Part shown: piece by piece, positions 10,136-19,477 of the stretch
How positions within the stretch are numbered: position 1 is the stretch's first letter
How the letters are laid out: every line of letters starts with the position of its first letter
NCBI GenBank assembly: GCA_029856435.1
Contig: JAHQXB010000042.1
Location: 1-49,361, forward strand
Source of the DNA: Candidatus Jordarchaeia archaeon
Lineage (GTDB): Archaea; Asgardarchaeota; Jordiarchaeia; Jordiarchaeales; Jordiarchaeaceae
Length of the DNA stretch: 49,361 nucleotides
Reading direction: 5' to 3'
The notes under the pieces: generated by a model
Databases searched by the model: none
The model's input: only the letters and a program-made list of their open reading frames with translations
Told to the model about the DNA's origin: nothing
Made by a program: the position numbers and the translations under genes

Positions 10136-10621
10136 TCATGGCGGTATTGGACTTATGATTTCCTCTCCCTTCAGTAGCTTTTGCAGATCCCACACATTTA
10201 AATCTTGGACATCTGGATTGGATTGCAATTCAGATAGCAGCTTTTCCAATTCTTGCTTTGAACGTCCAAGTATGACCGCGTAAAGAGAAGTGCCATGGTC
10301 ACCTGTTGCCAAGAATCTTACTTGGTTCATTTTTTTGAGTTTTTCCGAGATTTCTTTTGTTCTCTGCACACTTATATCAGGAATTATGTGTCCTCCAATG
10401 TTTATTCGGATCAAAGCACAAGCGCTATATCCCAATTTTTCGGCTGAAACCACTATGGTAAACTGGCGGATGACTTGGTTCTCCAGGAGTTTTTTGACTC
10501 TGAAGTGTATTGTTGTATCGGGTACGTCTAGTTCTTTTGCTATTTGAGTAAATGGTACTCGGGAGTTTTCTTGAAGCATAGCTAGTATTTTCCGATCCAG
10601 ATCGTCTATTTCGGCAAGCAT
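10136..10621 (-). CDS. Lrp/AsnC-family transcriptional regulator
   Basis: IDDLDRKILAMLQENSRVPFTQIAKELDV..TTIHFRVKKL HTH. Start placed at ATG 10621; the track starts at 10648. Confidence 0.9.
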   Translation of the reverse strand: MLAEIDDLDRKILAMLQENSRVPFTQIAKELDVPDTTIHFRVKKLLENQVIRQFTIVVSAEKLGYSACALIRINIGGHIIPDISVQRTKEISEKLKKMNQVRFLATGDHGTSLYAVILGRSKQELEKLLSELQSNPDVQDLNVWDLQKLLKGEEIISPIPP

Positions 10622-11280
10622 CGCTTTTCTTCCCTTTCCTATACCCATTCATTACCCATCAAGTTGTTTCTATTTTAGTGATTATTTTTTATCTTGGATA
10701 ACTAATAATGTTTTAAGGAATAAAAGGTTTTCTGTGATTTTCGCAATTTATTCTCTTGTTTTTTAAACTTTCAATAATTTTTGTTAATAAGAATAGTAAC
10801 TTTTTGTATCAACAACAACATAACGTAGAACATATCTAAAATATGTTGAGAAGATATCTGTATCACCAAAGTATTATAACCCAATAATTATAACTCCAGG
10901 CTCTAGGTGAGTAGGAGATTTTGTTTCTCAAACCCAGACAGAATTTTTAGATATAAAAATTGTTGCAGATTCCCCCAATTCTACCCCTCCTATTTATTGG
11001 GTTTCACAATGTGAAAAGTAGATTTATGAAAATTCTTTTTGGTAATCAAAACAGGAAGAAGCCAAATCACCGTATAATAATGAAGGAGCAGAAATTTGGT
11101 TAAAATTTAGATGAATGTAAAAAGCATCCAAAAAGGAGTTCCGAGATTTTTAGGTGGCTAGGGGTATTAAAACTGCTTCTATTTTGGAATAAAGCTTGTT
11201 AACCTGAGAAACTTCCAACAGTTAACGTTAAAGAAAAACCATTAAACCCATCATTCCTCAAAAACAACCACACACATACA

Positions 11281-11503
11281 TGGGCCGTGCAGCCGATTCC
11301 AGCCAAAGCCCAGAATGCGGAGTTGAAGTTCGAAAAAGCCCAAAAGAGGGCAGAGCCACAACCGGGAACATCCCCCCACCGAAAGCAGGAGGGATGTGCC
11401 CGCTTCAACCGTTCCCCGGGCGAAAACCTCCCCATGAAACCGAGGGGAAAAACCCAAAGTTACGCAAGGTTAACGCTGGGTCAGAACGGTCTCTCAGCCT
11501 GCA
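11281..11503 (+). ncRNA. Candidate structured non-coding RNA, family not assigned
   Basis: GC-rich island in an AT-rich intergenic region, with nested stems, GAAA and GCAA tetraloops and A-rich joiners on the + strand. Overlapping ORFs look spurious. Confidence 0.6.
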
Positions 11504-11536
11504 ATCTATTATTTGGGTAGCTTCTGAGTCCCACGT

Positions 11537-11980
11537 CTAGTATGGAGGTAAAAGCCCAATATACTTTAATATTTGCATTATGGATATCGCAGGTGCTGTG
11601 GATAGAATGATGTTATATAACACTGTCCAGATTGTTAACCATAGGAATAGAGCTGTTAAAAGTCCAGTTGTGAAGTATGGTGTCCAGCCTCCAACTTGGT
11701 CGGGTATAATTTTTAAGTAAAAGTAGCTTAATAATATGGGTAGCCCAATTAATATAAGAACTCCGACGATCGCAGCTATCAGAGCGGGGTGCTGGACGCT
11801 TGAAAAGGGTGAATCTAATAATGGAGAGAAAAGTACTGGGCGGATTATTGTGCTTACAACCGCACCTACTGCTGCGAACAGGGACTTCAGCCAGTATAAT
11901 TTGTCTTTATGCGATTGTTCCCGCCATTTTCTTTGAAACAACATAATGAGTTTACTCTTAGGCTCTTTGGAATTCTCCAT
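11537..11980 (-). CDS. EMC6/Rab5ip-like small multi-pass membrane protein
   Basis: KLYWLKSLFAAVGAVV...FTTGLLTALFLWLTIWTVLYNI resembles the EMC6 family. GGAGG RBS 8 nt before ATG 11980. Confidence 0.6.
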   Translation of the reverse strand: MENSKEPKSKLIMLFQRKWREQSHKDKLYWLKSLFAAVGAVVSTIIRPVLFSPLLDSPFSSVQHPALIAAIVGVLILIGLPILLSYFYLKIIPDQVGGWTPYFTTGLLTALFLWLTIWTVLYNIILSTAPAISIMQILKYIGLLPPY

Positions 11981-12010
11981 CAAGTAATCCTCCAACTTCG
12001 GGTGGTTTGC

Positions 12011-14011
12011 ATGATGAGTGAAATGTCCAATTTTGATATCGCCGCAATTATTCACGAGTTGAAACCAATTGTTGAGGGGACATGGATAAGGAACATTTAC
12101 CAGTTTAATGAGATTTTCCTTTTTAAGTTAAGATCGCCGATGCATGGGAATGTTTCTTTGTTGGTTGAGTTGGGACGCCGGATTCACTTAACTTGGTATC
12201 AGCGTCCCAAACCCCGGTTACCCAGCAATTTTTGTATGACCCTCAGAAAGTATCTTCGAAACCGGCGTATATTAGGGATTCGCCAGTATGATTTTGACCG
12301 TCTTGTAATTATTGATATAGGATTGCCCGAAAATAAATACTCGCTCATTATTGAATTTTTCGGTGATGGTAACATCATTCTACTAGACCCAGAAGGAAAA
12401 ATCTTTATCGCACGGCACTACCTCAAAATGAAGGATAGGGATATTGTTCCCAAAAAGGAGTTCCAATTCCCGCCAATGAGAGGCGTTGACCCACATAATG
12501 TTGATTATGAGTGGTTAAAATCCCTCTTTTCAACTTCTGATACTGACGTGGTACGTACAATAGCGAGAAATCTAAATATTGGTGGAGAGTATGCAGAGGA
12601 GTTATGCGTTAGGGCGGGGATAGATAAGAATACACCCGCATCCTTTGTGTCGTCTCAAGAATTGGAGAAAATAGTTTCTGCCTTAAAATCCCTGATGGAG
12701 CCTCTGGAGAGGGGAGAATTTGCACCCAGGATAGTTTTTAAAAACTCGGAGATGATCTCGGTAGTTCCATTTGAACTTAGAGTGTTTGAAAAAATGCAAA
12801 TTAGAAAGTTTGACAGCTTCAACCAAGCAGCTGATGAGTTCTATAGCGCCGGTGAGGTTTTCGAAGCAGAGCAAAAGGTTTCCGAGAGGCATGAAACGGA
12901 GGTTGACCGCTATAAAAGGATGCTTGAAGAGCAGAAGGCCAAGATATCTAAAATGGAACTTTCCGAAAAAAAGTACAGAAAGCAGGGAGATTTAATCTAT
13001 GCAAATCTACATTTGGTCACAGAATTATTGGAAACAATTGTTTCCGCAAGACAGAAAAACCATCCTTGGTCCGAAATAGAAGAGAAAATTAGAGAGGCTA
13101 GTGACCGAATCCCCTCGGCAAAGATTTTCCAGGACCTAAAACCAAAGGCTGGAAAGCTGGTGATAAACATTGAGGGGGAAAGCATTGAGCTAGATTATAG
13201 GAAATCAGCGGTTGAAAACGCAAACGCTTTTTATGAGCAAGCGAAAAAGGCAGCTTTAAAGGCTGAGGGGGCAAAAAAAGCTATCGAAAAAACGCTGAAA
13301 CTGATGGAAACTGTAGCGAAAGAAGTGCCTTCCGAAGAAGTAGCCCCAACCAAACTGGTAAAAAGGCGTAAGAAAAAGTGGTATGAAGCATTCAGATGGT
13401 TTAAATCATCAGAAGGAGTACTAGTTCTTGGCGGCAAAGATGTTAAAACAAACACTACCCTCTACAATAAATATATGGATCCTAACGACATCTTTATGCA
13501 CGCTGACTACAGAGGCGCACCCGTAGTAATAATTAAAAAAAGTGAAAAGCCAGTTTCAGACATCACCCTAAGGGAAGCAGCACAATTTGCCGTATCATTC
13601 TCAAGCGCCTGGAAGTCCGGCTGGGGACAGGCTGACGTTTACTGGGTGAACCCCGACCAAGTTTCTCAGACACCTCCTTCGGGTGAGTATTTGGAAAGAG
13701 GCTCATTCATGATCCGAGGCCAAAGAAATTATATTAGAGGGAATACACTAACACTTGCAGTGGGTTTGATTGAAAGTAATGGTGACATTTTACCAATCTG
13801 TGGCCCGCCCTCGGCTATTGAAAAACAGACCAAAAGCTTCGTAGTTATCAAACCTGGCGCGATTCCCAAAGGAAAATTGGCTAAGCAGGTAAAATACTTG
13901 TTACTAAAAAAGGCGCCACCTGAACTTAAAGAAAAAATAAACCTATTATCAATAAGCGAAATTGAAAATATTCTTCCGCCGGGAGGAGGTGATATTTCAC
14001 AAAACTCATAA
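12011..14011 (+). CDS. rqc2: Rqc2/NEMF/RqcH (NFACT) ribosome quality-control factor
   Basis: MSNFDI..., FCMTLRKYL, IEFFGDGNIIL, WYEAFRWF.SSEG.LVLGGKD...N, HAD..GAP, PPSGEYL..GSFMIRG. Confidence 0.92.
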   Translation: MMSEMSNFDIAAIIHELKPIVEGTWIRNIYQFNEIFLFKLRSPMHGNVSLLVELGRRIHLTWYQRPKPRLPSNFCMTLRKYLRNRRILGIRQYDFDRLVIIDIGLPENKYSLIIEFFGDGNIILLDPEGKIFIARHYLKMKDRDIVPKKEFQFPPMRGVDPHNVDYEWLKSLFSTSDTDVVRTIARNLNIGGEYAEELCVRAGIDKNTPASFVSSQELEKIVSALKSLMEPLERGEFAPRIVFKNSEMISVVPFELRVFEKMQIRKFDSFNQAADEFYSAGEVFEAEQKVSERHETEVDRYKRMLEEQKAKISKMELSEKKYRKQGDLIYANLHLVTELLETIVSARQKNHPWSEIEEKIREASDRIPSAKIFQDLKPKAGKLVINIEGESIELDYRKSAVENANAFYEQAKKAALKAEGAKKAIEKTLKLMETVAKEVPSEEVAPTKLVKRRKKKWYEAFRWFKSSEGVLVLGGKDVKTNTTLYNKYMDPNDIFMHADYRGAPVVIIKKSEKPVSDITLREAAQFAVSFSSAWKSGWGQADVYWVNPDQVSQTPPSGEYLERGSFMIRGQRNYIRGNTLTLAVGLIESNGDILPICGPPSAIEKQTKSFVVIKPGAIPKGKLAKQVKYLLLKKAPPELKEKINLLSISEIENILPPGGGDISQNS

Positions 14012-14266
14012 AAACCATGAATACATAGTAGTTGCGCCAACCAGATGTTTGCGTCAAAAAACAGCAATACTCTAAACTAGAAAAGGGTAAGAAAAGAATA
14101 AGGGAACAAATTGTAAACATTGAAAACTAGTAGTGAATTATTAAGAATGTGTTTCAAGACCTAGTTTATTTTCAAAAACCTACATAAGCTGCGCTTCTTA
14201 GACAAATAATAAAATATGTTTTATAGCAATTAAAATAAAATGTAGGTTTCCTAGGAGGAAATCAAG

Positions 14267-15079
14267 TTGCAAGTTAAGGATGTTATGGTAAAGGACTTGT
14301 TTGTTGTGGATAAAGATGATATAGTTTCCCACGCAATGGAATTAATGGTGAAGAAGAGGGTTTCACGCCTTTTAGTTGTTGATAAAGGGAAATTGGTGGG
14401 GGTAATCACTGAAAAGGATATGGTTGACCGGTTAGGTTCAAGTAAGATGCGGTCACTTCAAGCTTCAAGCGTGCATGTTTCAGGAGTTATGACTTATAAT
14501 CCAATTACTATCAGTCCCCAAGCGGATGTTTATGACGCCGCTAAACTCATGATAGATAAGGGAATTTCGAGCCTACCGGTAGTGGATGGAGGGAAACTGG
14601 TGGGTATTATTACCAAATCCACTATGGCCCGCCTCTGCCTTCGAGTTGACAACATTTTTGTGGGCCAGGTAATGACAATTTCTCCCATTACCACCACGCC
14701 CTTTGACAGAATTGTGAAAGTGAGAAGAACCATGCTTGAGAGAAACATCAGTAGTTTGCCCGTTTTGGAAGGGGGAAAATTGGTGGGAATGGTAACAGAG
14801 GGACAAATAGCTTTGTACCTGGCACAGTTCCGAAACAGTGTACCCGAGAAACACCAAGAGGAAAGAATAAGACACGTAAAGGTAAACGAGATAATGCAAC
14901 CAGAACCTCCCAAGATTCACCCAGACAAAAAAATTAGTGACGCAGCAGATTTAATGCGCAAAGAAAAGATTAAGAGCATACCAGTCCTCAACTATGAAGA
15001 ACGTCTAGTAGGTATCCTAACAAAGACAGATTTGACCAGACTAGTGGCAAACAAGTTCACAGTAGAAAATAAAAAGTAG
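14267..15079 (+). CDS. CBS-domain protein (two CBS pairs)
   Basis: Repeated LxVVDxGKLVGxIT CBS motifs. Confidence 0.85.
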   Translation: MQVKDVMVKDLFVVDKDDIVSHAMELMVKKRVSRLLVVDKGKLVGVITEKDMVDRLGSSKMRSLQASSVHVSGVMTYNPITISPQADVYDAAKLMIDKGISSLPVVDGGKLVGIITKSTMARLCLRVDNIFVGQVMTISPITTTPFDRIVKVRRTMLERNISSLPVLEGGKLVGMVTEGQIALYLAQFRNSVPEKHQEERIRHVKVNEIMQPEPPKIHPDKKISDAADLMRKEKIKSIPVLNYEERLVGILTKTDLTRLVANKFTVENKK

Positions 15080-16438
15080 ATGCCTACAATGAGATCCTCA
15101 ACTGTGGATTTAGTTTTAAAAAACTCCAAAATATTTACGTACCAAGGAATAATCTCAGGCGGGTTGGCGGTAAAGGAGGGAAAAATCTACAATTTTTTGA
15201 AGGAACCAGAACTACTAAGATCAGATAAAACCATCGATGCTAAAGGCTGCCTATTACTGCCGGGGCTAATTGACCCCCATGTCCACCTCAGAGACCTGCA
15301 ACTCAGCTATAAGGAGGACTTCTACACTGGGACCTGCGCCGCAGCAACTGGGGGAGTAACAACTGTTATAGATATGCCCAACACCATACCTAGAACTTCC
15401 TCTCTGAAGACTCTCAGAGAAAAGAAGCGAGAAGCGGAGAAAAAAATTGTTGTCAACGTAGCATTTTATGCGGGATTTCCTAAAAATACAAATGAAGTCA
15501 AACAGATTGCCAAGGAAGGTATAAAAGGATTCAAGATATACCCCCATGATCCAACGGAAGAGGTTGATTTCAAGGATGAGGAACAAATTGTTGCATGTCT
15601 CAAGGCAGCTGCGGAGAATAATCTACCAGTTTTGGTGCATCCCGACGAACTAGAAACTATAAAGACGCTGCAATCTGAGTTGGAAAAGCAGAAGCTATCT
15701 GATGTAGAAGTATTTTTGGGTTCGCATCCTTCAACATCTGAGGCGAAGGCGATAACTAAGTACTCAGATTTGGGGGTTAAAACAGAATGCCATTTACACA
15801 TATGCCATGTCTCCTCATCAGAATCATTGGTAGCCATAAAAAGGGCTCTGAGCAGGGGAGCACGATTAACATGTGAAGTTACACCTCATCATCTCCTTCT
15901 GACAAGCGAAGAAATTAAAAAGCAAGGTGCATTGGCTAAAGTGCTTCCCCCATTAAGGTCTCGGGACGACAATGTAGCACTTTGGGCAGCTGTACTTGAT
16001 GGAGTTATAAATGTTATTGCAAGTGACCATGCTCCGCACAGTCTCTCAGAAAAGGAAAAAACATTTGCTGAGGCGCCCTCAGGATTTCCCGGACTTGAAA
16101 CGTTGCTTCCCCTAATGCTAACTAAGGTTGCTCAAGGAGATTTGAGGTTGGAGAAACTGGTTGATTTAACTTCTAGTTCACCGGCCAAGATTTTTAAATT
16201 AGAAAATAAGGGTATGCTCCTTGAGGGATACGATGCAGACATGGTTTTAGTAGACCTGAAAGAAAAGTGGAGAATTTCCCCAGAAAAATTCCACAGCAAA
16301 TCCAAGTTTTCACCATTTAAGAACTGGAATGTTATTGGAAAAGTGAGAATGACTTTTATTAAGGGGATATGTGTAATGTCCGATGGAGAGATTCTAGTTC
16401 CCCGAGGATTCGGAAATGTAATCAACGGAAACCCGTAA
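15080..16438 (+). CDS. pyrC: Dihydroorotase (amidohydrolase family)
   Basis: PGLIDPHVHLRD, AAATGGVTTVIDMPNT, EVTPHHL, PPLR, ASDHAPH. Confidence 0.85.
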   Translation: MPTMRSSTVDLVLKNSKIFTYQGIISGGLAVKEGKIYNFLKEPELLRSDKTIDAKGCLLLPGLIDPHVHLRDLQLSYKEDFYTGTCAAATGGVTTVIDMPNTIPRTSSLKTLREKKREAEKKIVVNVAFYAGFPKNTNEVKQIAKEGIKGFKIYPHDPTEEVDFKDEEQIVACLKAAAENNLPVLVHPDELETIKTLQSELEKQKLSDVEVFLGSHPSTSEAKAITKYSDLGVKTECHLHICHVSSSESLVAIKRALSRGARLTCEVTPHHLLLTSEEIKKQGALAKVLPPLRSRDDNVALWAAVLDGVINVIASDHAPHSLSEKEKTFAEAPSGFPGLETLLPLMLTKVAQGDLRLEKLVDLTSSSPAKIFKLENKGMLLEGYDADMVLVDLKEKWRISPEKFHSKSKFSPFKNWNVIGKVRMTFIKGICVMSDGEILVPRGFGNVINGNP

Positions 16439-16455
16439 AATACTTGAAACCCAAG

Positions 16456-16476
16456 ACTTTTTGGATAAACTTTAAA
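16456..16476 (+). promoter_or_regulatory. BRE/TATA promoter of the eIF2-gamma operon
   Basis: ACTTTTTGGATAAACTTTAAA: purine-rich BRE-like segment plus TTTAAA. Identical copy at 35956-35976. Confidence 0.6.
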
Positions 16477-16497
16477 AGAATCCCACAGAAATGAGAA

Positions 16498-17811
16498 TTG
16501 AAGACTTCTAGGAGGCTAAAACACCTGTCAGACAATAAAGCAATGATTGAAGCTATGAAAACCCAGTCAGAAGTAAACATAGGAACCACTGGGCATGTAG
16601 ACCACGGAAAAACTACTTTGGTTCAAGCTTTATCTGGTGAGTGGACAGACAGACACAGCGAGGAGAAAAGAAGAGGCATCTCCATAAAACTCGGCTACGC
16701 CGATGCAATAATCTTGAAATGTCCAAATTGCCCACCACCAGAATGTTACACAACTGCGGCGATGGCTAAGAGTAACAAATGCCCACACTGTGAATCAGAT
16801 TTAGTCTTCGTCCGCCGCATATCCTTCGCTGACTCCCCCGGACACGAAGCCCTTATGGCTACCATGATAAGCGGAGCGGCTCTTGTAGATGGGGCTATAC
16901 TGGTTATAGCTGCTAATGAGCCGTGCCCCCAACCCCAGACCAGAGAACATTTTGCAGCTCTTCAGATCATTGGGGTAAAAAATCTTATTATTGTTCAGAA
17001 CAAGATTGAACTTGTTTCCAGAGAGAAGGCTTTAGAAAATTATCGCCAAATTTTAGATTTCGTGAAAGGCACCGAGGCAGAAAATGTACAAATTATTCCA
17101 GTTTCAGCTGTTTTTAAAGCGAATCTTGATGTTTTAATTGATGCGATGGAAAGGATTATTCCGACTCCAAAAAGAGATCTAACAAAACCTATGCGTATGT
17201 ATGTAGCAAGATCATTTGAAGTTAATAAGCCTGGAACTCCTCCGGAGGAGCTTAAAGGAGGGGTAATTGGAGGCTCAATAATTCAGGGAAGCGTAAAGGT
17301 TGGTGATGAGATAGAGATTAGGCCTGGGCTGAGGGTTGATGTTGGAGGCAGTGTCAGATATGAGCCTTTATTTACAGAGGTTACAAGCATTCAAGCGGGT
17401 GAAGGTGTAATGCTAGAAGAAGCAAAACCTGGTGGTCTGATTGGTTTGGGAACTAAACTGGATCCCTCCTTAACAAAGGCTGATGGGATGGTGGGCAGTG
17501 TAGCTGGGCGCCCGGGAACACTCCCACCAATGATAGATAGCTTTAGTATTGAAGTTAACCTTTTGGAGAGAGTTGTAGGCAGTGTAGACTTGTCAAAAGT
17601 TGAACCAATAGCTTCGAAGGAGCCTTTAATGTTAAATATTGGGCCCACTGCAACTGTGGGAACCTCAACTGCGGTTAGCAATGGGCTTGTGAAAATTTCT
17701 TTGAGAAGACCTGTGGTTGCGGAGGAAGGGCAGAGAATTGCTATTAGCCGAAGAATTGCGGGCCGTTGGAGACTGATTGGATGGGGACTAATAACTCAAA
17801 CCCAGTCTTGA
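16498..17811 (+). CDS. eif2g: Translation initiation factor 2 gamma subunit (true start probably ATG 16543 or 16555)
   Basis: GHVDHGKTT, RGISIKLGY, DSPGH, QNKIE, SRRIAGRWRLIG. Confidence 0.97.
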   Translation: MKTSRRLKHLSDNKAMIEAMKTQSEVNIGTTGHVDHGKTTLVQALSGEWTDRHSEEKRRGISIKLGYADAIILKCPNCPPPECYTTAAMAKSNKCPHCESDLVFVRRISFADSPGHEALMATMISGAALVDGAILVIAANEPCPQPQTREHFAALQIIGVKNLIIVQNKIELVSREKALENYRQILDFVKGTEAENVQIIPVSAVFKANLDVLIDAMERIIPTPKRDLTKPMRMYVARSFEVNKPGTPPEELKGGVIGGSIIQGSVKVGDEIEIRPGLRVDVGGSVRYEPLFTEVTSIQAGEGVMLEEAKPGGLIGLGTKLDPSLTKADGMVGSVAGRPGTLPPMIDSFSIEVNLLERVVGSVDLSKVEPIASKEPLMLNIGPTATVGTSTAVSNGLVKISLRRPVVAEEGQRIAISRRIAGRWRLIGWGLITQTQS

Positions 17812-18197
17812 AGGTGATTTTAGACACAAACTTTCTTATGGTTCCATTCGAAATAGGAATAAATATAATTTCAGAGTTGGATAGGTTAATCAAGCAAAAT
17901 TACGAGATTATTATTCTCAAAGGAACAATTGATGAGCTGAAGGGGCTATCTCAAAATCCTAAACTAAAGATTAGAAGAGCTGCAAAACTTGCCCTAGAAA
18001 TGGCTGAGAGGTACAAGGTTGTGGAACTAGCAAACCAAAATGGGAATCTCGATGATTTAATTGTCAAATTTTCAAAAAGCATGTATTGTGTTGTGGCAAC
18101 TAATGACCGCAATTTACGAAGAAAACTTAAGTCTGAGGGAATACCAACAATATTTGTACGTCAAAAATCACATTTACAGATGGAGGGCCACCTGTGA
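17808..18197 (+). CDS. PIN-domain protein (Fcf1/Utp24-like)
   Basis: VILDTNFL...DD.I...VATND..LRRKL. TTG start overlaps the eif2g stop (TTGA). Confidence 0.88.
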   Translation: MKVILDTNFLMVPFEIGINIISELDRLIKQNYEIIILKGTIDELKGLSQNPKLKIRRAAKLALEMAERYKVVELANQNGNLDDLIVKFSKSMYCVVATNDRNLRRKLKSEGIPTIFVRQKSHLQMEGHL

Positions 18198-18612
18198 GCT
18201 TTAATTAATGATTATAGGATTTCAAGATTTCACAAAAAAAGAATCGTGTCTGTTAGAAGAAACTAAAAAATAGGAAAAGGACATGTTGGCAGCTGTCGCG
18301 ATGGGAAGTTGGGGCATTAAGCTTTAAATGCTTTAAGAAGAGACCGTTTTTCTCTCTTTTGATTGGACTTCGCCATGGTAGAAAAAAACCTAAACAATCC
18401 TCATTCTTGGAAAAAGGGGTGTAAAAAAAGCCAGACTTGGTTCCATAACTTAAAAAATGCGAAAAATTTAATTTACTCCAAATTTAAATAGCGTTATCCT
18501 TAAAAATGCTCTAAAGCCTGTAAAAAACGTAATCCCGAAATTTAGGGGATAAAACCGCACAATAAAATCTTTTGATGATAATTATAATCATACTTGCTTG
18601 TTGCACAGGTGA

Positions 18613-19266
18613 TTGAAAAGTATGTACGAAATAATCAGTCTTGTGGACACCGTTCGCATACCGCCGGAAAAATTTGGCGAACCAATAGAAAAGGTAGCTA
18701 TGGAGATTTTAATAAAAGAATACGAAGGGATCATTGACCCAGACCTAGGGGTAGTCATATGTGTTGTAGACGTGGAGAATGTAGAAGCGGGCAAATTAAT
18801 TCCGGGAGACGGAGCTGCCTTCCATAAAGTAGTTTTTAGTGTACTCACATTCAAACCCATACAACATGAAATAGTTGAGGGAGAGGTGGTTGAGGTTGTG
18901 GATTTTGGAGCATTTATCCGATTAGGCCCCCTTGATGGGTTATGCCACGTTAGCCAAATCACTGATGACTTTATTTCCTACGATTCCAAGAGATCCGCTC
19001 TGATAGGAAAAGAAACTGGTCGTATAATACAAGAAAATGATAAGGTGAGGGCGAGAATTGTCGCGGTTTCCATCGGTGGGGGGATAAGGAGCGGCAAGTT
19101 AGGATTAACGATGCGCCAACCTTTCTTGGGTAAATTAGAGTGGATAGAGGAAGAACTTCGCGGTGCTAAGGAAGAAGTAAAAGAAAAGGAAGAGGTAGAA
19201 GAAGTCAAAGAAACGAAACCTGTGGCTAAAAAGGCAAAAAAGAAGAAAAAGGCGAAAAAAGCATAG
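18613..19266 (+). CDS. rpoE1: RNA polymerase subunit E' (Rpo7)
   Basis: VRIPPEKFG, PGDGA, FGAFIRLGPLDGLCHVSQI, LTMRQPFLGKLEWI; Lys-rich tail. Confidence 0.96.
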   Translation: MKSMYEIISLVDTVRIPPEKFGEPIEKVAMEILIKEYEGIIDPDLGVVICVVDVENVEAGKLIPGDGAAFHKVVFSVLTFKPIQHEIVEGEVVEVVDFGAFIRLGPLDGLCHVSQITDDFISYDSKRSALIGKETGRIIQENDKVRARIVAVSIGGGIRSGKLGLTMRQPFLGKLEWIEEELRGAKEEVKEKEEVEEVKETKPVAKKAKKKKKAKKA

Positions 19267-19280
19267 TAGAAGGGGTTTAA

Positions 19281-19466
19281 ATGAAGGAAAAGGCCTGTAA
19301 AATTTGTCACCTCATAGTTACAGGGCAGACATGCCCCAATTGCAAATCTTCTGCTTTATCCACAGAATATAGTGGCGTGGTCATAATTTTTGATGCTAAT
19401 AACTCCCAAATAGCAGAAAAGCTGCAAATAAAAAATAAAGGGAAATATGCGCTAAGAGTCAGGTGA
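19281..19466 (+). CDS. spt4: Transcription elongation factor Spt4 (RpoE'')
   Basis: KACKICH...CPNC...G.VII...S.IA..L....G.YALRVR. Confidence 0.95.
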   Translation: MKEKACKICHLIVTGQTCPNCKSSALSTEYSGVVIIFDANNSQIAEKLQIKNKGKYALRVR

Positions 19467-19477
19467 GGTTTTAAACA

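Noticed and set aside
11199-11540. ORFs 11199-11435, 11251-11457, 11280-11540 and 11287-11520
   Set aside because: Mutually overlapping with no protein-like motifs; best explained as stop-codon scarcity in a GC-rich structured RNA.
11281-11540. Assignment of the RNA as SRP RNA, TPP or cobalamin riboswitch, or group I/II intron
   Set aside because: Only scattered word matches (e.g. GGCUGAGA...GCGUA on the minus strand; GCCAC..GGGAA on the plus strand). The required helices and motif order are not met.
18573-18590. Near-palindrome TGATGATAATTATAATCA upstream of rpoE1; possible C/D-box C motif
   Set aside because: AT-rich and probably overlapping the core promoter; no D box at a suitable distance.
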